Virus record (IMG/VR): IMGVR_UViG_3300036781_000418
Coordinates: 186,001-250,000 of that record
Length of the DNA: 64,000 nucleotides
Strand: one strand, 5' to 3'
In this document: positions 44,120 to 53,734 of the stretch, piece after piece
Layout of the letters: every line of letters starts with the position of its first letter
Numbering within the stretch: position 1 is the first letter of the stretch
Program-made: the position numbers and the translations under genes
The notes under the pieces: generated by a model
What the model saw: only the letters and a program-made list of their open reading frames with translations
Told to the model about the DNA's origin: nothing
Databases searched by the model: none

Positions 44120-44386
44120 ATGATCAACATTCCGCCAATCTACCTTCCACTCATCAAGAACCTCGACCCTAAGACGTTAGCGGCTGAGCTCTGCTCGGTG
44201 CAGCCCATGACGCAGGAGACTGGTGACGCCCTCAAGTGCATCATCAAGACAGCGGCGGAAGTTGAAGCCGAGGAACCAGCACAAGGCGCCGAGCGCCACG
44301 TCTTCTGCAAAGGTTGGGAGATCTACTACGGCACTGAGTGGATCGACTACGATGTGTGGGCGAAGATCAAGCGGGCTGGGCTGTGA
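44120..44386 (+). CDS. short protein with a gp23-capsid-like VQPM segment
   Basis: LPLIKNLDPKTLAAELCSVQPMT. Confidence 0.45.
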   Translation: MINIPPIYLPLIKNLDPKTLAAELCSVQPMTQETGDALKCIIKTAAEVEAEEPAQGAERHVFCKGWEIYYGTEWIDYDVWAKIKRAGL

Positions 44387-44578
44387 AGGAGGTCTTCGTC
44401 GATCCACCTAATCGCACGGTGGCAGGCGCCGACTACACTGAGACCAGCCTGGTCTACCGCCTGAGGAAGCGGGCCGAAATTCGTCGGCAAATTCCTACAC
44501 GTAAGTCGGTGCAAGAAGGCACGCCCGACCGACTTGCGGATCTACTTGAAGAGGCCGCCACCGAACTAGAGAGGCTCT

Positions 44579-44857
44579 ATGCTGACCTTCTATCCAAAAG
44601 ACCTGCCGATCTGGGGTGATCGATTCTGCTTCACCAACGACATCACGCTCGTGACGAAGGAGAAGTATGACCACACCAGCTTTGATACTTACCGTGCATT
44701 CTTGACTTTCCTTGAAGAATGCGGTGTGACGTTCACTGACCCAAACAACAAGGTCGAACTCCGTTCGACACCTTACCCATATGAACGGTGGGGCGTTGAT
44801 CCACATACGGTGGTTCAAGGCGACGTCATCTACGGTACAATTACTACTCGATCGTAA
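44579..44857 (+). CDS. hypothetical protein
   Basis: GAGG RBS. Confidence 0.5.
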   Translation: MLTFYPKDLPIWGDRFCFTNDITLVTKEKYDHTSFDTYRAFLTFLEECGVTFTDPNNKVELRSTPYPYERWGVDPHTVVQGDVIYGTITTRS

Positions 44858-44941
44858 GGAGGAAGCTATGTCACAGCTAAACGCGGTTCCAACGGAATCC
44901 CACGACACTCTGTAAACGGAGTCTCACCCAAGTTCCGACGC

Positions 44942-45256
44942 ATGTCGGAACTCTACCGCTTCTTCGCAAGCGGCAAGTCGAGTAAGCTCGACTTCAGCGA
45001 CGAGGCGCTCTTGTCGCTCTACAACCACGAGTCCTACGGCACCCCACTCAGCGAGCAGAACGGCTTCGCGGTGGGTAAGCAGTACCTGAACCTTCAGGTC
45101 ACGATGTGGCGGGAGGACCTTCGCCGCGGTTGGCTCTTCAAGTCCGAGCTGTACGAAGACCCGAACCTGCCGCACTGGTGGTTGGACTCAGTTCTTCAAC
45201 ACACGTACACTGGTGCTACCTGGGCGCAGCTTCAGGCCGAGTGTCGCCGTATTTGA
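44942..45256 (+). CDS. hypothetical protein
   Basis: ORF with the genome's codon bias. Confidence 0.6.
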   Translation: MSELYRFFASGKSSKLDFSDEALLSLYNHESYGTPLSEQNGFAVGKQYLNLQVTMWREDLRRGWLFKSELYEDPNLPHWWLDSVLQHTYTGATWAQLQAECRRI

Positions 45257-45295
45257 GCGCGTAGCGTACAATGCGCTCATACACGAAGGACACAT

Positions 45296-45523
45296 ATGAG
45301 CGCACGCAACGACCTGGGACTTATCGCTGGACTCTTGACGGTTGAACTGGACGTCAAGACACGGCAGTTCACTGAAATCACGGCGATGGAAACGATCAAC
45401 GTCGAGGAGGCGAAGATCAAGGAGTCCATCCTTATGTTCATCCAAGCTGATCTCGTCCGACTGCACAAGATCCACACGGAGGCGGTCATGGCCGTCGCTC
45501 GCTGTGAGAAGGAACCGGCGTGA
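45296..45523 (+). CDS. hypothetical protein
   Basis: TACAAT box; AAGGA RBS. Confidence 0.6.
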   Translation: MSARNDLGLIAGLLTVELDVKTRQFTEITAMETINVEEAKIKESILMFIQADLVRLHKIHTEAVMAVARCEKEPA

Positions 45524-46047
45524 CCCACCTACCACTGCATCCTGACGATCTGACACCGCTCTGGGAGATGGTGCGGCCATGGGCCCAACGTCGCTTCGCT
45601 AAAAGTCAGATTACGCCGGACGAAGGCGTGATTCGCATGGACGTCAACGACTTCGACATCACCGTCAAGAACCGACGCACCTGGTCGTTCTACATGCAAC
45701 TCACCGGTTTTGGTACGGCCAACGGTGAGGTGACCTACGGCTCGGCCAACATCGACGTGATTTTCTCCCCGCCCGACCACTACGACGTCATCGAGTTCCG
45801 GGCCTCAATTCACCAAGGACAGTTCACGGGCGTGCGGCTCGGTCCAAACTTCTTGGGCCTCGGCAACAAGCACCCGGTCACCAGCATCCGCAACGAAACC
45901 ATCTTGCAGGAAGTCGCCGCCATGTTGAAGGGACACTCTACCATCACCCGCACCCGCTTGGCTGACTTCAAGCCGATCGCGCCGCCTCCAATCGCCCCGC
46001 CGCCAGCTACACCGCTCTTGCGCCGTCTGTTTTGGTGGTGGCGCTGA
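45520..46047 (+). CDS. hypothetical protein
   Basis: GTGA-coupled ORF. Confidence 0.6.
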   Translation: MTHLPLHPDDLTPLWEMVRPWAQRRFAKSQITPDEGVIRMDVNDFDITVKNRRTWSFYMQLTGFGTANGEVTYGSANIDVIFSPPDHYDVIEFRASIHQGQFTGVRLGPNFLGLGNKHPVTSIRNETILQEVAAMLKGHSTITRTRLADFKPIAPPPIAPPPATPLLRRLFWWWR

Positions 46048-46466
46048 TGGGCATGATCCGAATTTACCAGGGCAAGAGCAAGCCGAAGCCGAAGAAACCC
46101 GGCTGGGAGCAGGAGAAGCAGCAACACGACGAGTGGCTGGCCAAGGTAAACTCCATGACCCTTGGCGTGACGAAGCCGAAGAAATGGACCAAGGAGAAGA
46201 TCGACCCGGTCGTGAAGAAGCCCGTCGTGAACAAGACAAGGTTAACGAAGGCCGGAAAAAGTGTGATGACGCCTGGCGACACGAGCACGAAACCCGTGCT
46301 GCGGCCGGAAATTCTCTACAGAGACGATCCGGAAATGTTGGCTCGAGAACTCAAAGCCCGGGAACGCCAGTTCAACGTCGCGCCCGCGTACAACAAGGGC
46401 GGTGATCAGTACGTGTCTGAGGAGGAGCTGGTGAAGCTCTTATCCGGCAACAAACGCCGGTCATAA
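46047..46466 (+). CDS. basic phage protein
   Basis: C-terminal VAPAYNKGGDQYV motif. Confidence 0.6.
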   Translation: MGMIRIYQGKSKPKPKKPGWEQEKQQHDEWLAKVNSMTLGVTKPKKWTKEKIDPVVKKPVVNKTRLTKAGKSVMTPGDTSTKPVLRPEILYRDDPEMLARELKARERQFNVAPAYNKGGDQYVSEEELVKLLSGNKRRS

Positions 46467-46605
46467 CGTGTAACGGCCGGCAGACCTGACATTAAAGTGT
46501 AACGCGGGGGAACTTTTGGCCAGAGTGTTAAAAAGTGTTTAGAATGACCATGTTCGCACCAAGCGAACGATCGATCGCTCAACTTGTGTCATAAGGACTT
46601 TCAAC

Positions 46606-47439
46606 ATGAAAAAACTCCTGCTTTCTGTACTGGTGGTCGCGGCGTCGTTCGCCGTCCACGCAGATCCGGTCCCGGATCCTGGCATGCTCACCTTGACCGG
46701 CTATCAGAACGGCTCCGCGCCGATCGGTACCGTGACGGTGAATCCGCCCGGCTTGTTCAACAACCAAAGCGAACTGGTCGCGGTCAGCGGCCTCAAGGGT
46801 TCGTTCGACGATGGCTTTGGTGCTGTCAGTCTCAACGCGCTGTTCTGCGTCGAGCTGTTCGCTCCCACGGGCAACATCGGTCAATCCCTGGCCTACACGC
46901 AGAACACGCCGGGTCTCGGCGCCTACAGCATGGGTTTCACGGCGCTGCAGTCCTCGCGCCTGAACAACCTGTTCGCCAAGGAATTCGCGACCTACGGCGT
47001 CGTTGGTGGAACTACGGCCACGCAGTCGGCCGCCACGCAGCTCTCCATCTGGGAGATCCTGTACGGCGGTGATGCTGGCTTCGGTGATCTGACGGGCAAC
47101 CTGCTGGAAACCCTGGGTGTGGCCGACACGAACGGCTTCTGGTCGACCGACCTGGCCGGTGCACGCACCACGGCTGAAGGCCTGCTGGCTGGCATCGACT
47201 CGTACGACTCCTCGGGCTTCAACGTCTCGCTGACGTCGTACAACAACGGCCTGTCGAAGCCCGGCTACCAGGACTTCATCTCGGTGGACGTCAGTCTCGG
47301 TTCGCAATGCGGTCTGAACCCGCTGGGTTGCGATCCGACCACGGTGCCGGAACCTGACTCGCTCGCTCTCACCGGTGTCGGTCTGATGGGTCTCGGCTTC
47401 GTCGCTCGCCGTCGCAAGGCCAAGCAGCTGCAAAGCTGA
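46606..47439 (+). CDS. PEP-CTERM sorting-domain protein
   Basis: Signal peptide; FCVEL..AATQLSIWEILY; C-terminal VPEPDSLALTGVGLMGLGFVARRRK. Confidence 0.9.
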   Translation: MKKLLLSVLVVAASFAVHADPVPDPGMLTLTGYQNGSAPIGTVTVNPPGLFNNQSELVAVSGLKGSFDDGFGAVSLNALFCVELFAPTGNIGQSLAYTQNTPGLGAYSMGFTALQSSRLNNLFAKEFATYGVVGGTTATQSAATQLSIWEILYGGDAGFGDLTGNLLETLGVADTNGFWSTDLAGARTTAEGLLAGIDSYDSSGFNVSLTSYNNGLSKPGYQDFISVDVSLGSQCGLNPLGCDPTTVPEPDSLALTGVGLMGLGFVARRRKAKQLQS

Positions 47440-47463
47440 TCAGCCACAAGCTGATTCCTGAGC

Positions 47464-47492
47464 AAAGCCCCTGGTAACCCCAGGGGCTTTTT
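47464..47492 (+). terminator. intrinsic terminator
   Basis: AAAGCCCCTGG-TAAC-CCAGGGGCTTT-TT. Confidence 0.85.
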
Positions 47493-47587
47493 GACGTTCG
47501 TAACTCTGTAAAGTTCCAGCAGTCCGGTCAGGGCTGCCACGCGGACCCTCTAAATAATGCATCGCAACCGCATTACTAGGAGAAACC

Positions 47588-48475
47588 ATGTCCGCAATTC
47601 TCACCAAGCTCGTCGCATGGCTGAAGTCCATCTTCGCGTCCGCCGAAGTTCAAGTCAAGCAGGAAGTCACGACCATCGAGGCCGTGGCCAAGCAGAAGAT
47701 TCAGGCCGCTGAACAGACCGTCGTGACCACCTTCGAGCAGAAGCTCCAAGGCTGGATTCCAGACGCGATCGACACGCGCGACCAGGTGTTCACGCTGTCC
47801 GCCCCACTGCCACCGTCCGTCGACCTGCGCTCCCAACTCAAGCCAGTCGACAACCAAGGTGCGCTCAACTCGTGCGTCTCCCACGCCGTCACGTCCGCAC
47901 TTGAAACCGTGCTGAAGGTCTCCGACCTCTCGCGTCTCTTCACGTACTACAACGCACGTTCGCTTGAAGGCCGCACGGGCATGGACGCTGGCTGCGCGAT
48001 TCGAAACGCCGTCAAGGGCGCCGTCACCTACGGCATCGCACCTGAAACCGACTGGCCGTACGTCACCACGCAGGTTCTGGTCGCCCCACCAACGAAGTCT
48101 TACACCGACGGTACCCCGTTGAAGGCACGCATCGGCTACGCCCAAGTCACGACCTTGACCGCGCTGAAGACCGCCCTCGCCACGGGTCTGCCAGTCGTCT
48201 TCGGCTTCACGGTCCCTGACGTCTTCGCCAGCGCCGTTCAGTCCGTCGGCACCGCCTACACGGGCGTCCTGCCGTACCCAACTGCCGCAAACAAGTTCAT
48301 CGGTGCGCACGCGGTCCTGGCCGTCGGCTACGATGACCCGTCGGGCATGGTGATCGTGCGTAACTCGTTCGGTCCTGCATGGGGCAAGTCCGGTTACTTC
48401 ATGATGCCGTATGCATGGTTCGCCAACATGACCGGCCTGGTGTCAGACGCATGGGTGCTGAGCCCTAAGGCCTAA
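47588..48475 (+). CDS. papain-like C1 cysteine peptidase
   Basis: SVDLR..NQGALNSC, HAVLAVGYDD, VRNSFGPAWGKSGYF. Confidence 0.92.
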   Translation: MSAILTKLVAWLKSIFASAEVQVKQEVTTIEAVAKQKIQAAEQTVVTTFEQKLQGWIPDAIDTRDQVFTLSAPLPPSVDLRSQLKPVDNQGALNSCVSHAVTSALETVLKVSDLSRLFTYYNARSLEGRTGMDAGCAIRNAVKGAVTYGIAPETDWPYVTTQVLVAPPTKSYTDGTPLKARIGYAQVTTLTALKTALATGLPVVFGFTVPDVFASAVQSVGTAYTGVLPYPTAANKFIGAHAVLAVGYDDPSGMVIVRNSFGPAWGKSGYFMMPYAWFANMTGLVSDAWVLSPKA

Positions 48476-48561
48476 CACACGTCCGTACGACTCTACGAGG
48501 CGACGCCGGTTCACTCCGGTCGTCGCCTTTGTTGTACCTACTGTCGAACTACGGCGTGTGC

Positions 48562-48635
48562 ACCGGCGTCGCCTCGTGTCGCCGCCAACTGAACCCGCAC
48601 TATCTGTCAGCTAATGCCTCTACGAGCGAGTGCTG
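48562..48635 (-). repeat. ~75 bp intergenic element, second copy
   Basis: Reverse complement of 16541-16614 with few substitutions. Confidence 0.9.
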
Positions 48636-48820
48636 AAGGTAAATACGCCGAACTCTGGAGCACCTCATGAACATCGTCCTTCGTCTGAACGACCTTTACC
48701 TCTCACTCGTCATGACGAACACGTTGGAGCAGTTCACGAACTGCCTGATGCTCGTCGTGTTCTGCACCCTGACCTGATACGAAGGTTGTTCACGGCCGGT
48801 GAGGCCGTTAGAATGGTGGC

Positions 48821-49348
48821 ATGAGCTCGAAACGTCCACCACCAAAGAACCCGTTCCCGATCCAAACCAACACGTTTGGAAAGGCGCCCGCGGCCATCTA
48901 CCTCTGTCACCTGCTGAACGAGGCGAAGGACGTGAACATGCTGCGTCGAATCTCCGCCTTGTTCCAAGCGCAGCGCACCCTCCTCAAAGAGGTCGTGGCC
49001 GCCCACAAGGACTACGACGTGCTGTCAACCAAGTCCTTAGGCGCCCTGCTCACGATGATGGCCAACAACATCCGAGATCAGGTGGGCCAAGGCATCCGTA
49101 AGGACGCACCCTTCTTCGCCGACCTCGTCGTCAACATCCTCGACGGTGACATCAAGACGTGGCGCAACCGCCAAGCTGAAGCCAAGAAGCGCTTCGTCAA
49201 GCTCCAGCGGACCGCCGCCCCAGGCACGGTCTTCGAGCAAAACTGGTGTCCAGCCGACGAGGTGGAGGGCGAGAAGACCGTCGAGCTGCTCAGGGAGCGG
49301 TCGAAGAAGTACCTCGAGCGCAAGGGCAAGAAGGACACGTTGTACTGA
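48821..49348 (+). CDS. hypothetical protein
   Basis: TAGAAT a few nt before ATG (possibly leaderless). Confidence 0.6.
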   Translation: MSSKRPPPKNPFPIQTNTFGKAPAAIYLCHLLNEAKDVNMLRRISALFQAQRTLLKEVVAAHKDYDVLSTKSLGALLTMMANNIRDQVGQGIRKDAPFFADLVVNILDGDIKTWRNRQAEAKKRFVKLQRTAAPGTVFEQNWCPADEVEGEKTVELLRERSKKYLERKGKKDTLY

Positions 49349-49554
49349 CATGACGATCTTCAAACTTATCGGTACATGGGTCTTGGCTGCCAAGGACGCT
49401 CGTGTTGAGCGTGTTAGGTTTAAGTTGTTCCTGGCACAAGCCAGACTCCGTAGCATGCAGCAAAATTCCCGCAGCTTCACGTCCTCAGAGTTCGTCGAGC
49501 AAGACGTTCGCGTGGCCAGACTGCAGTACAGCCTACAACGATTGGAGCGGCGCC

Positions 49555-50046
49555 ATGAAGCCAGTTAAGTTCTTCGCCGTGCTGGCCATGTGCTGTTGGC
49601 TCAACGCCTGGTTTCTCGAGCCTGGCGTCTACAACTTCTACGCGATGGTCACGTTGCCTGGCACGTTCCTCCATGAGTCCGCCCACTACCTGATGGCAGC
49701 CATGTTGGACGGTCACCCTGGCAACTTCAACCTCATTCCATCTGGTGACATTCTTGGCTCGGTAACCTTCTACCCAAACTGGTACAACCCAGCGCCGGTC
49801 AGCTGGGCGCCGCTCCTGCTGATGCCGTTCACCGCCTTCTTCGCGGCCATGGCGGCCCGCGCCCAGCTGCTGATGCTGCCAGTCTGGGGCTACGTCTCAG
49901 CGTGCTCATGGGCGGCCAGCACGCCGTCACCACAAGACTACCACAACGCGCTGGTGATGCCGACCAGCTTTCCGTTTGGCGTCATCATCTTGGCGGCCGT
50001 CACGTGGGCCGTCTACAAGATCACTCGCCGTATGGTGTTCACATGA
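49555..50046 (+). CDS. membrane metallopeptidase (M50B-like)
   Basis: PGTFLHESAH (HExxH) in a TM context; PSPQD. Confidence 0.65.
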   Translation: MKPVKFFAVLAMCCWLNAWFLEPGVYNFYAMVTLPGTFLHESAHYLMAAMLDGHPGNFNLIPSGDILGSVTFYPNWYNPAPVSWAPLLLMPFTAFFAAMAARAQLLMLPVWGYVSACSWAASTPSPQDYHNALVMPTSFPFGVIILAAVTWAVYKITRRMVFT

Positions 50047-50375
50047 GCGTAAATACGGACGAGCCGAAGCTCTGGGAGATCCTAGTTCCGACGGTGCGAC
50101 GTGCTGACGGCAAACCCATCCGCACTCGCTTCCACCGGGTCTGGGACAATAAGGTTCGTGAAATCAGCGGTGGTCTCACGATTCTTACCCCAGCGAAAGG
50201 CCAGTGGGTAGCTCCTGATGGGGAGCTGTTTGTTGAACGCATGATCCCAGTAAGGATACTTGCAACACGGTCCCAGATTGAGGAGATCGTTGATCACACG
50301 CTAGGTTACTATGACCAACTCGCGGTACTCTGTTACTGCGTCAGCAGTGAGGTGATCTTAAAGCACAGGAGTTGA
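50043..50375 (+). CDS. hypothetical protein
   Basis: ATGA-coupled ORF. Confidence 0.6.
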   Translation: MSVNTDEPKLWEILVPTVRRADGKPIRTRFHRVWDNKVREISGGLTILTPAKGQWVAPDGELFVERMIPVRILATRSQIEEIVDHTLGYYDQLAVLCYCVSSEVILKHRS

Positions 50376-50379
50376 AACT

Positions 50380-50766
50380 ATGACGACCATTCTTCGATGG
50401 CCGCCGACCTCGGTAACGCACCATGAAGTCTACAAGGACCAGTTCACCTGGGTCAGCGAAGACGAACGCGACAAGCTGATCGCCGAAGTTCAACGGATCG
50501 CGGCCGACTACATCGTCTTGGCTCCTCGTTCGGCTAACTTGATCCACAGCTTCGCCACCATGGCGGAGACTGCTGGCTACCACTTGTCCATGGGCATGGA
50601 CATTCGCAACCACTACTTGCTCTACCACACGAGCCCGCTGACGAAGCGGTGGCGCGATAACCCCTACTCGCACGACATCCGCTTCGGTATCGACTTTTCA
50701 CCTGACCACCCAGACGCGATCTCAACTCTGATCTTGAAGGAAGTATGGATTCAACTTCATCCGTAA
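50380..50766 (+). CDS. hypothetical protein
   Basis: AGGAG RBS. Confidence 0.6.
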   Translation: MTTILRWPPTSVTHHEVYKDQFTWVSEDERDKLIAEVQRIAADYIVLAPRSANLIHSFATMAETAGYHLSMGMDIRNHYLLYHTSPLTKRWRDNPYSHDIRFGIDFSPDHPDAISTLILKEVWIQLHP

Positions 50767-51365
50767 AGGTGCTGTTCCTCGACGTGGACGGCGTGCTGAA
50801 CACATCGACCAGCTGCCTGCTGAAGTGCGGCATGTACCTGTCGACGTGCGCCCAGCGTGACGCGTGGTGGGAGCTGTTTCACCTGGTCGGTCATGATGAC
50901 CAGGTGCCGTACGGTCCGACCTACAGTGTCAACTCGATCGACCCAATGGCCGTCGGGCTGGTGAACCGCTTGTTGGACAAGGAACCGACCCTGCGGATCG
51001 TATTCTCCAGCTCGCACCGTTCGTTCTTTGCGGCCTCAACCTACGAGTACCCGTGCGAGTTCGCCTCGCCGATTCACTTGGAGCGGCTGACGACGTACCT
51101 CACGTCGCTTGGTATCAAGATTCAGGGTCGGTTGATCGGCATCACACCGCGCCTGCACACTCGCCGTGGTCTGGAGATCAACACCTGGCTGCAGGCCTAC
51201 GACGGTCCGGAGATCACGCACCACGCGGCGGTCGACGACGAGGCGGCTATCTACCCGTACGAGACGACGCTGATCCGAACCGACGCGAAGTTCGGCCTGA
51301 CGGCGGACAAGTACTTCGAGCTCTGCAACGCGCTGGGCATCCACGAATCACCGATCATCTACTGA
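50745..51365 (+). CDS. HAD domain protein (Swiss-army-knife RNA-repair type)
   Basis: VLFLDVDGVLN, IVFSSSHR, RGLEINTWL, AAVDD, GLT. Confidence 0.8.
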   Translation: MDSTSSVKVLFLDVDGVLNTSTSCLLKCGMYLSTCAQRDAWWELFHLVGHDDQVPYGPTYSVNSIDPMAVGLVNRLLDKEPTLRIVFSSSHRSFFAASTYEYPCEFASPIHLERLTTYLTSLGIKIQGRLIGITPRLHTRRGLEINTWLQAYDGPEITHHAAVDDEAAIYPYETTLIRTDAKFGLTADKYFELCNALGIHESPIIY

Positions 51366-51517
51366 CCATGGCTGGAACAAACGACGTCACGGGCGACAAG
51401 CTCATCAACAAGCGAAACTCAGACGCGTACCGCGACAACTGGGACGCGATCTTCGGCAAGAAGGAAGTTCCACCGCCGAAAGAAGAAGAGCCGACTGATG
51501 AGCCGGCTCCTGAATAA

Positions 51518-51593
51518 CTGTCCGTAGCTCAATTGGATAGAGCCACGCCCTCCTAAGGCGTAGATCCCAGTTCGAATCTGGGCGGATGGACCA
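51518..51593 (+). tRNA. tRNA-Arg(CCU)
   Basis: ACGCC-CTCCTAA-GGCGT; A20; ACCA. Confidence 0.9.
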
Positions 51594-52667
51594 TCAGTCC
51601 TCGAACTGATCCATGTAATCCAACCAACGACGACGTGAACGATCCAAGTAGCGGAGCAGCGTTTGACGCGTGTTCTGCACGAAGAACGTTGGGTTGGCAC
51701 GCACCATCGACAGAACCTTCGTGATGTCATGGACGTCAGTAGGGTCAGCGTAGATTGGGTACGACCAGTCGATCTCAGCCGAGGTGACGAGTGGCCGACC
51801 GACGAAGGTCGCGTCCGCGGCCACGATGTTGAACGTCTCGCTGAACGAGACCTGCATCAGAATGTCGATGCCCGCCATCGTCGTCAGGAAGTCCTCGTGG
51901 CTCTGCCACTCGTGAGTCACCAACGTGAACTGGTCCGACGGCAGGACCGCGAACAGGTCATGGATGTTCTTGAACGGCGGTGCGCCACCCTGGTCGATCC
52001 GCGTGTTGACGTGGAAGCGCAGCTTTTGTCCAGTCTGCTTCACCAGCCTGATCGCGGCCATGGCCTGCTGCAGGTGGTTCTTCATTGGGCGCATGGCGCC
52101 GAAGCAGGCGATGTCAAGCGTGTCCTGCTGTGTGTAGTTGTGCGGGTGGCTTGGCAGCGGTTCAAAGTTCGTTGGGTAGTAGTTCATGAGCAGCGGAAGC
52201 AGCTCGTCGAGCTCATCGTCCGTGTAGCCCATCAACGACGCGCACAGCTTGATGTCCTCACGGATGCGTTCGGAGTTGCACGCAACCGTAACACCAGCCG
52301 CGAGGTACCCGAAGATGCGCTCCATCGCTGGACCTTCGGTCGCGATGAACGGCACGTCACTGTGAACCCGCACAACCCACTTACGACCAGCGTGGCGTGG
52401 AAGCGCCATCAGCTCGGTGAACTTCGATGGGAGCACCCAGATGCCTTCAATGAAGACAACCTTCGGGTTGTACGCTACGACCGTCGCGTCAATGGTGTTA
52501 CCGTCGATCGTGATGACCACGTCGCTGGTGACCTCTTCCGCGTTTAGCATGTCACTCACGAACTTAGCGGAGTTGTACATCCCGGTTGCGATTTGATTTG
52601 AACCCGAGTATGAGGGATCAGAAAGATAATCTGCTCGGCGCTTAAGGAGGAAGAGTGCGGTGGTCAT
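51594..52667 (-). CDS. GT-B glycosyltransferase (family 4-like)
   Basis: CFGAMRPMKNH..VSFSETFNIVAADA; TAAATA at 52692-52697(-). Confidence 0.75.
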   Translation of the reverse strand: MTTALFLLKRRADYLSDPSYSGSNQIATGMYNSAKFVSDMLNAEEVTSDVVITIDGNTIDATVVAYNPKVVFIEGIWVLPSKFTELMALPRHAGRKWVVRVHSDVPFIATEGPAMERIFGYLAAGVTVACNSERIREDIKLCASLMGYTDDELDELLPLLMNYYPTNFEPLPSHPHNYTQQDTLDIACFGAMRPMKNHLQQAMAAIRLVKQTGQKLRFHVNTRIDQGGAPPFKNIHDLFAVLPSDQFTLVTHEWQSHEDFLTTMAGIDILMQVSFSETFNIVAADATFVGRPLVTSAEIDWSYPIYADPTDVHDITKVLSMVRANPTFFVQNTRQTLLRYLDRSRRRWLDYMDQFED

Positions 52668-52760
52668 GAACTTTGCTGCTGTTGGTCCTTCTATTTATCG
52701 AAGTGCGCCGTAAAACGGTGCTACAATGACCTTCCCTTCTCAACTTTACGGAGCACCATC

Positions 52761-53684
52761 GTGGAGCTTTTCGGAATCATGTTTAACGGCTTGGCCATGC
52801 TGTGCTTGGTGGTCATCAGCCTCTTCATCTTCGCGGGGATCTGGCTTGATCGTCGCGGAACATGGTGGGCATGGAAATGGGCGGGTACGGCCGCACTGTT
52901 CGCCTACGTCTACTACATCAGCAACCTCCCGTACAACTTCGACGCCGTCCTTGGTGTGTTGACCTCCGCCGCCTTCTGGAAACCAGTCGGTACGTTCATC
53001 GGCGTCGGGCTGCTGTACACCGTCGTTGAGTTCCTCGCTGGCAACTACCGCATGGCCCGCAAGATCGCCGCGCTGTGGCAGTCCTTCCTCTCGAGCCGTC
53101 TGTCGTTGCGGTTGCCTGGTCAGCAACACTCGTCCACTGACCTGTCGTTCCTGCAGTTCGCCGACCCGTCGTACGCCGCCAAGGCCGCCGCGGTCGACGC
53201 TGACCTTGCCACGACCAAGTCGCTGATCGCGAAGTTGGGCAAGCAAGTCTACGTACCGCTCGCCGAACTGGGTGGTGAGAACGCGCAAGCCAGCGAAGAG
53301 TTGGCCGGCCTCATCACCAAGTACGGTTGGAACTACAGCTACGTGGGCCGCCTTGATGAGGGTCACTACGTTGGTGACTACAACGACCAGCTCAAGGAAC
53401 GCCTGGGCGACTTCGTCGGCAGCGTGCGCTTCTACGCGGACTACATCGACTTGAACATCGTGACGTCCTCCGCGCCACCGACCCTCGAACCGTCCGTGAA
53501 CAAGCTGCGCCTCGGCAAGTCCATCTGCGCCTGGGCCCTGCTGTGGCCGTTCTACGCGATCCACCTGCTGCTGGGTGACCTGCTGCAACACGTCGCCGAC
53601 GCCCTCGCCTCCCTGTTCGCCAAGTTCGGCAGCCGCTTCGTGAAGCTCGCCTTCGCCGGCGTCTTCGACATGAAGACCAGCTGA
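52761..53684 (+). CDS. multi-pass membrane protein
   Basis: Several TM segments; GGAG RBS; GTG start. Confidence 0.65.
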   Translation: MELFGIMFNGLAMLCLVVISLFIFAGIWLDRRGTWWAWKWAGTAALFAYVYYISNLPYNFDAVLGVLTSAAFWKPVGTFIGVGLLYTVVEFLAGNYRMARKIAALWQSFLSSRLSLRLPGQQHSSTDLSFLQFADPSYAAKAAAVDADLATTKSLIAKLGKQVYVPLAELGGENAQASEELAGLITKYGWNYSYVGRLDEGHYVGDYNDQLKERLGDFVGSVRFYADYIDLNIVTSSAPPTLEPSVNKLRLGKSICAWALLWPFYAIHLLLGDLLQHVADALASLFAKFGSRFVKLAFAGVFDMKTS

Positions 53685-53734
53685 TCACCAACGCTGTAAC
53701 CTAAATAGGGAGGCGTTGCCTCCCTATTTCCATT

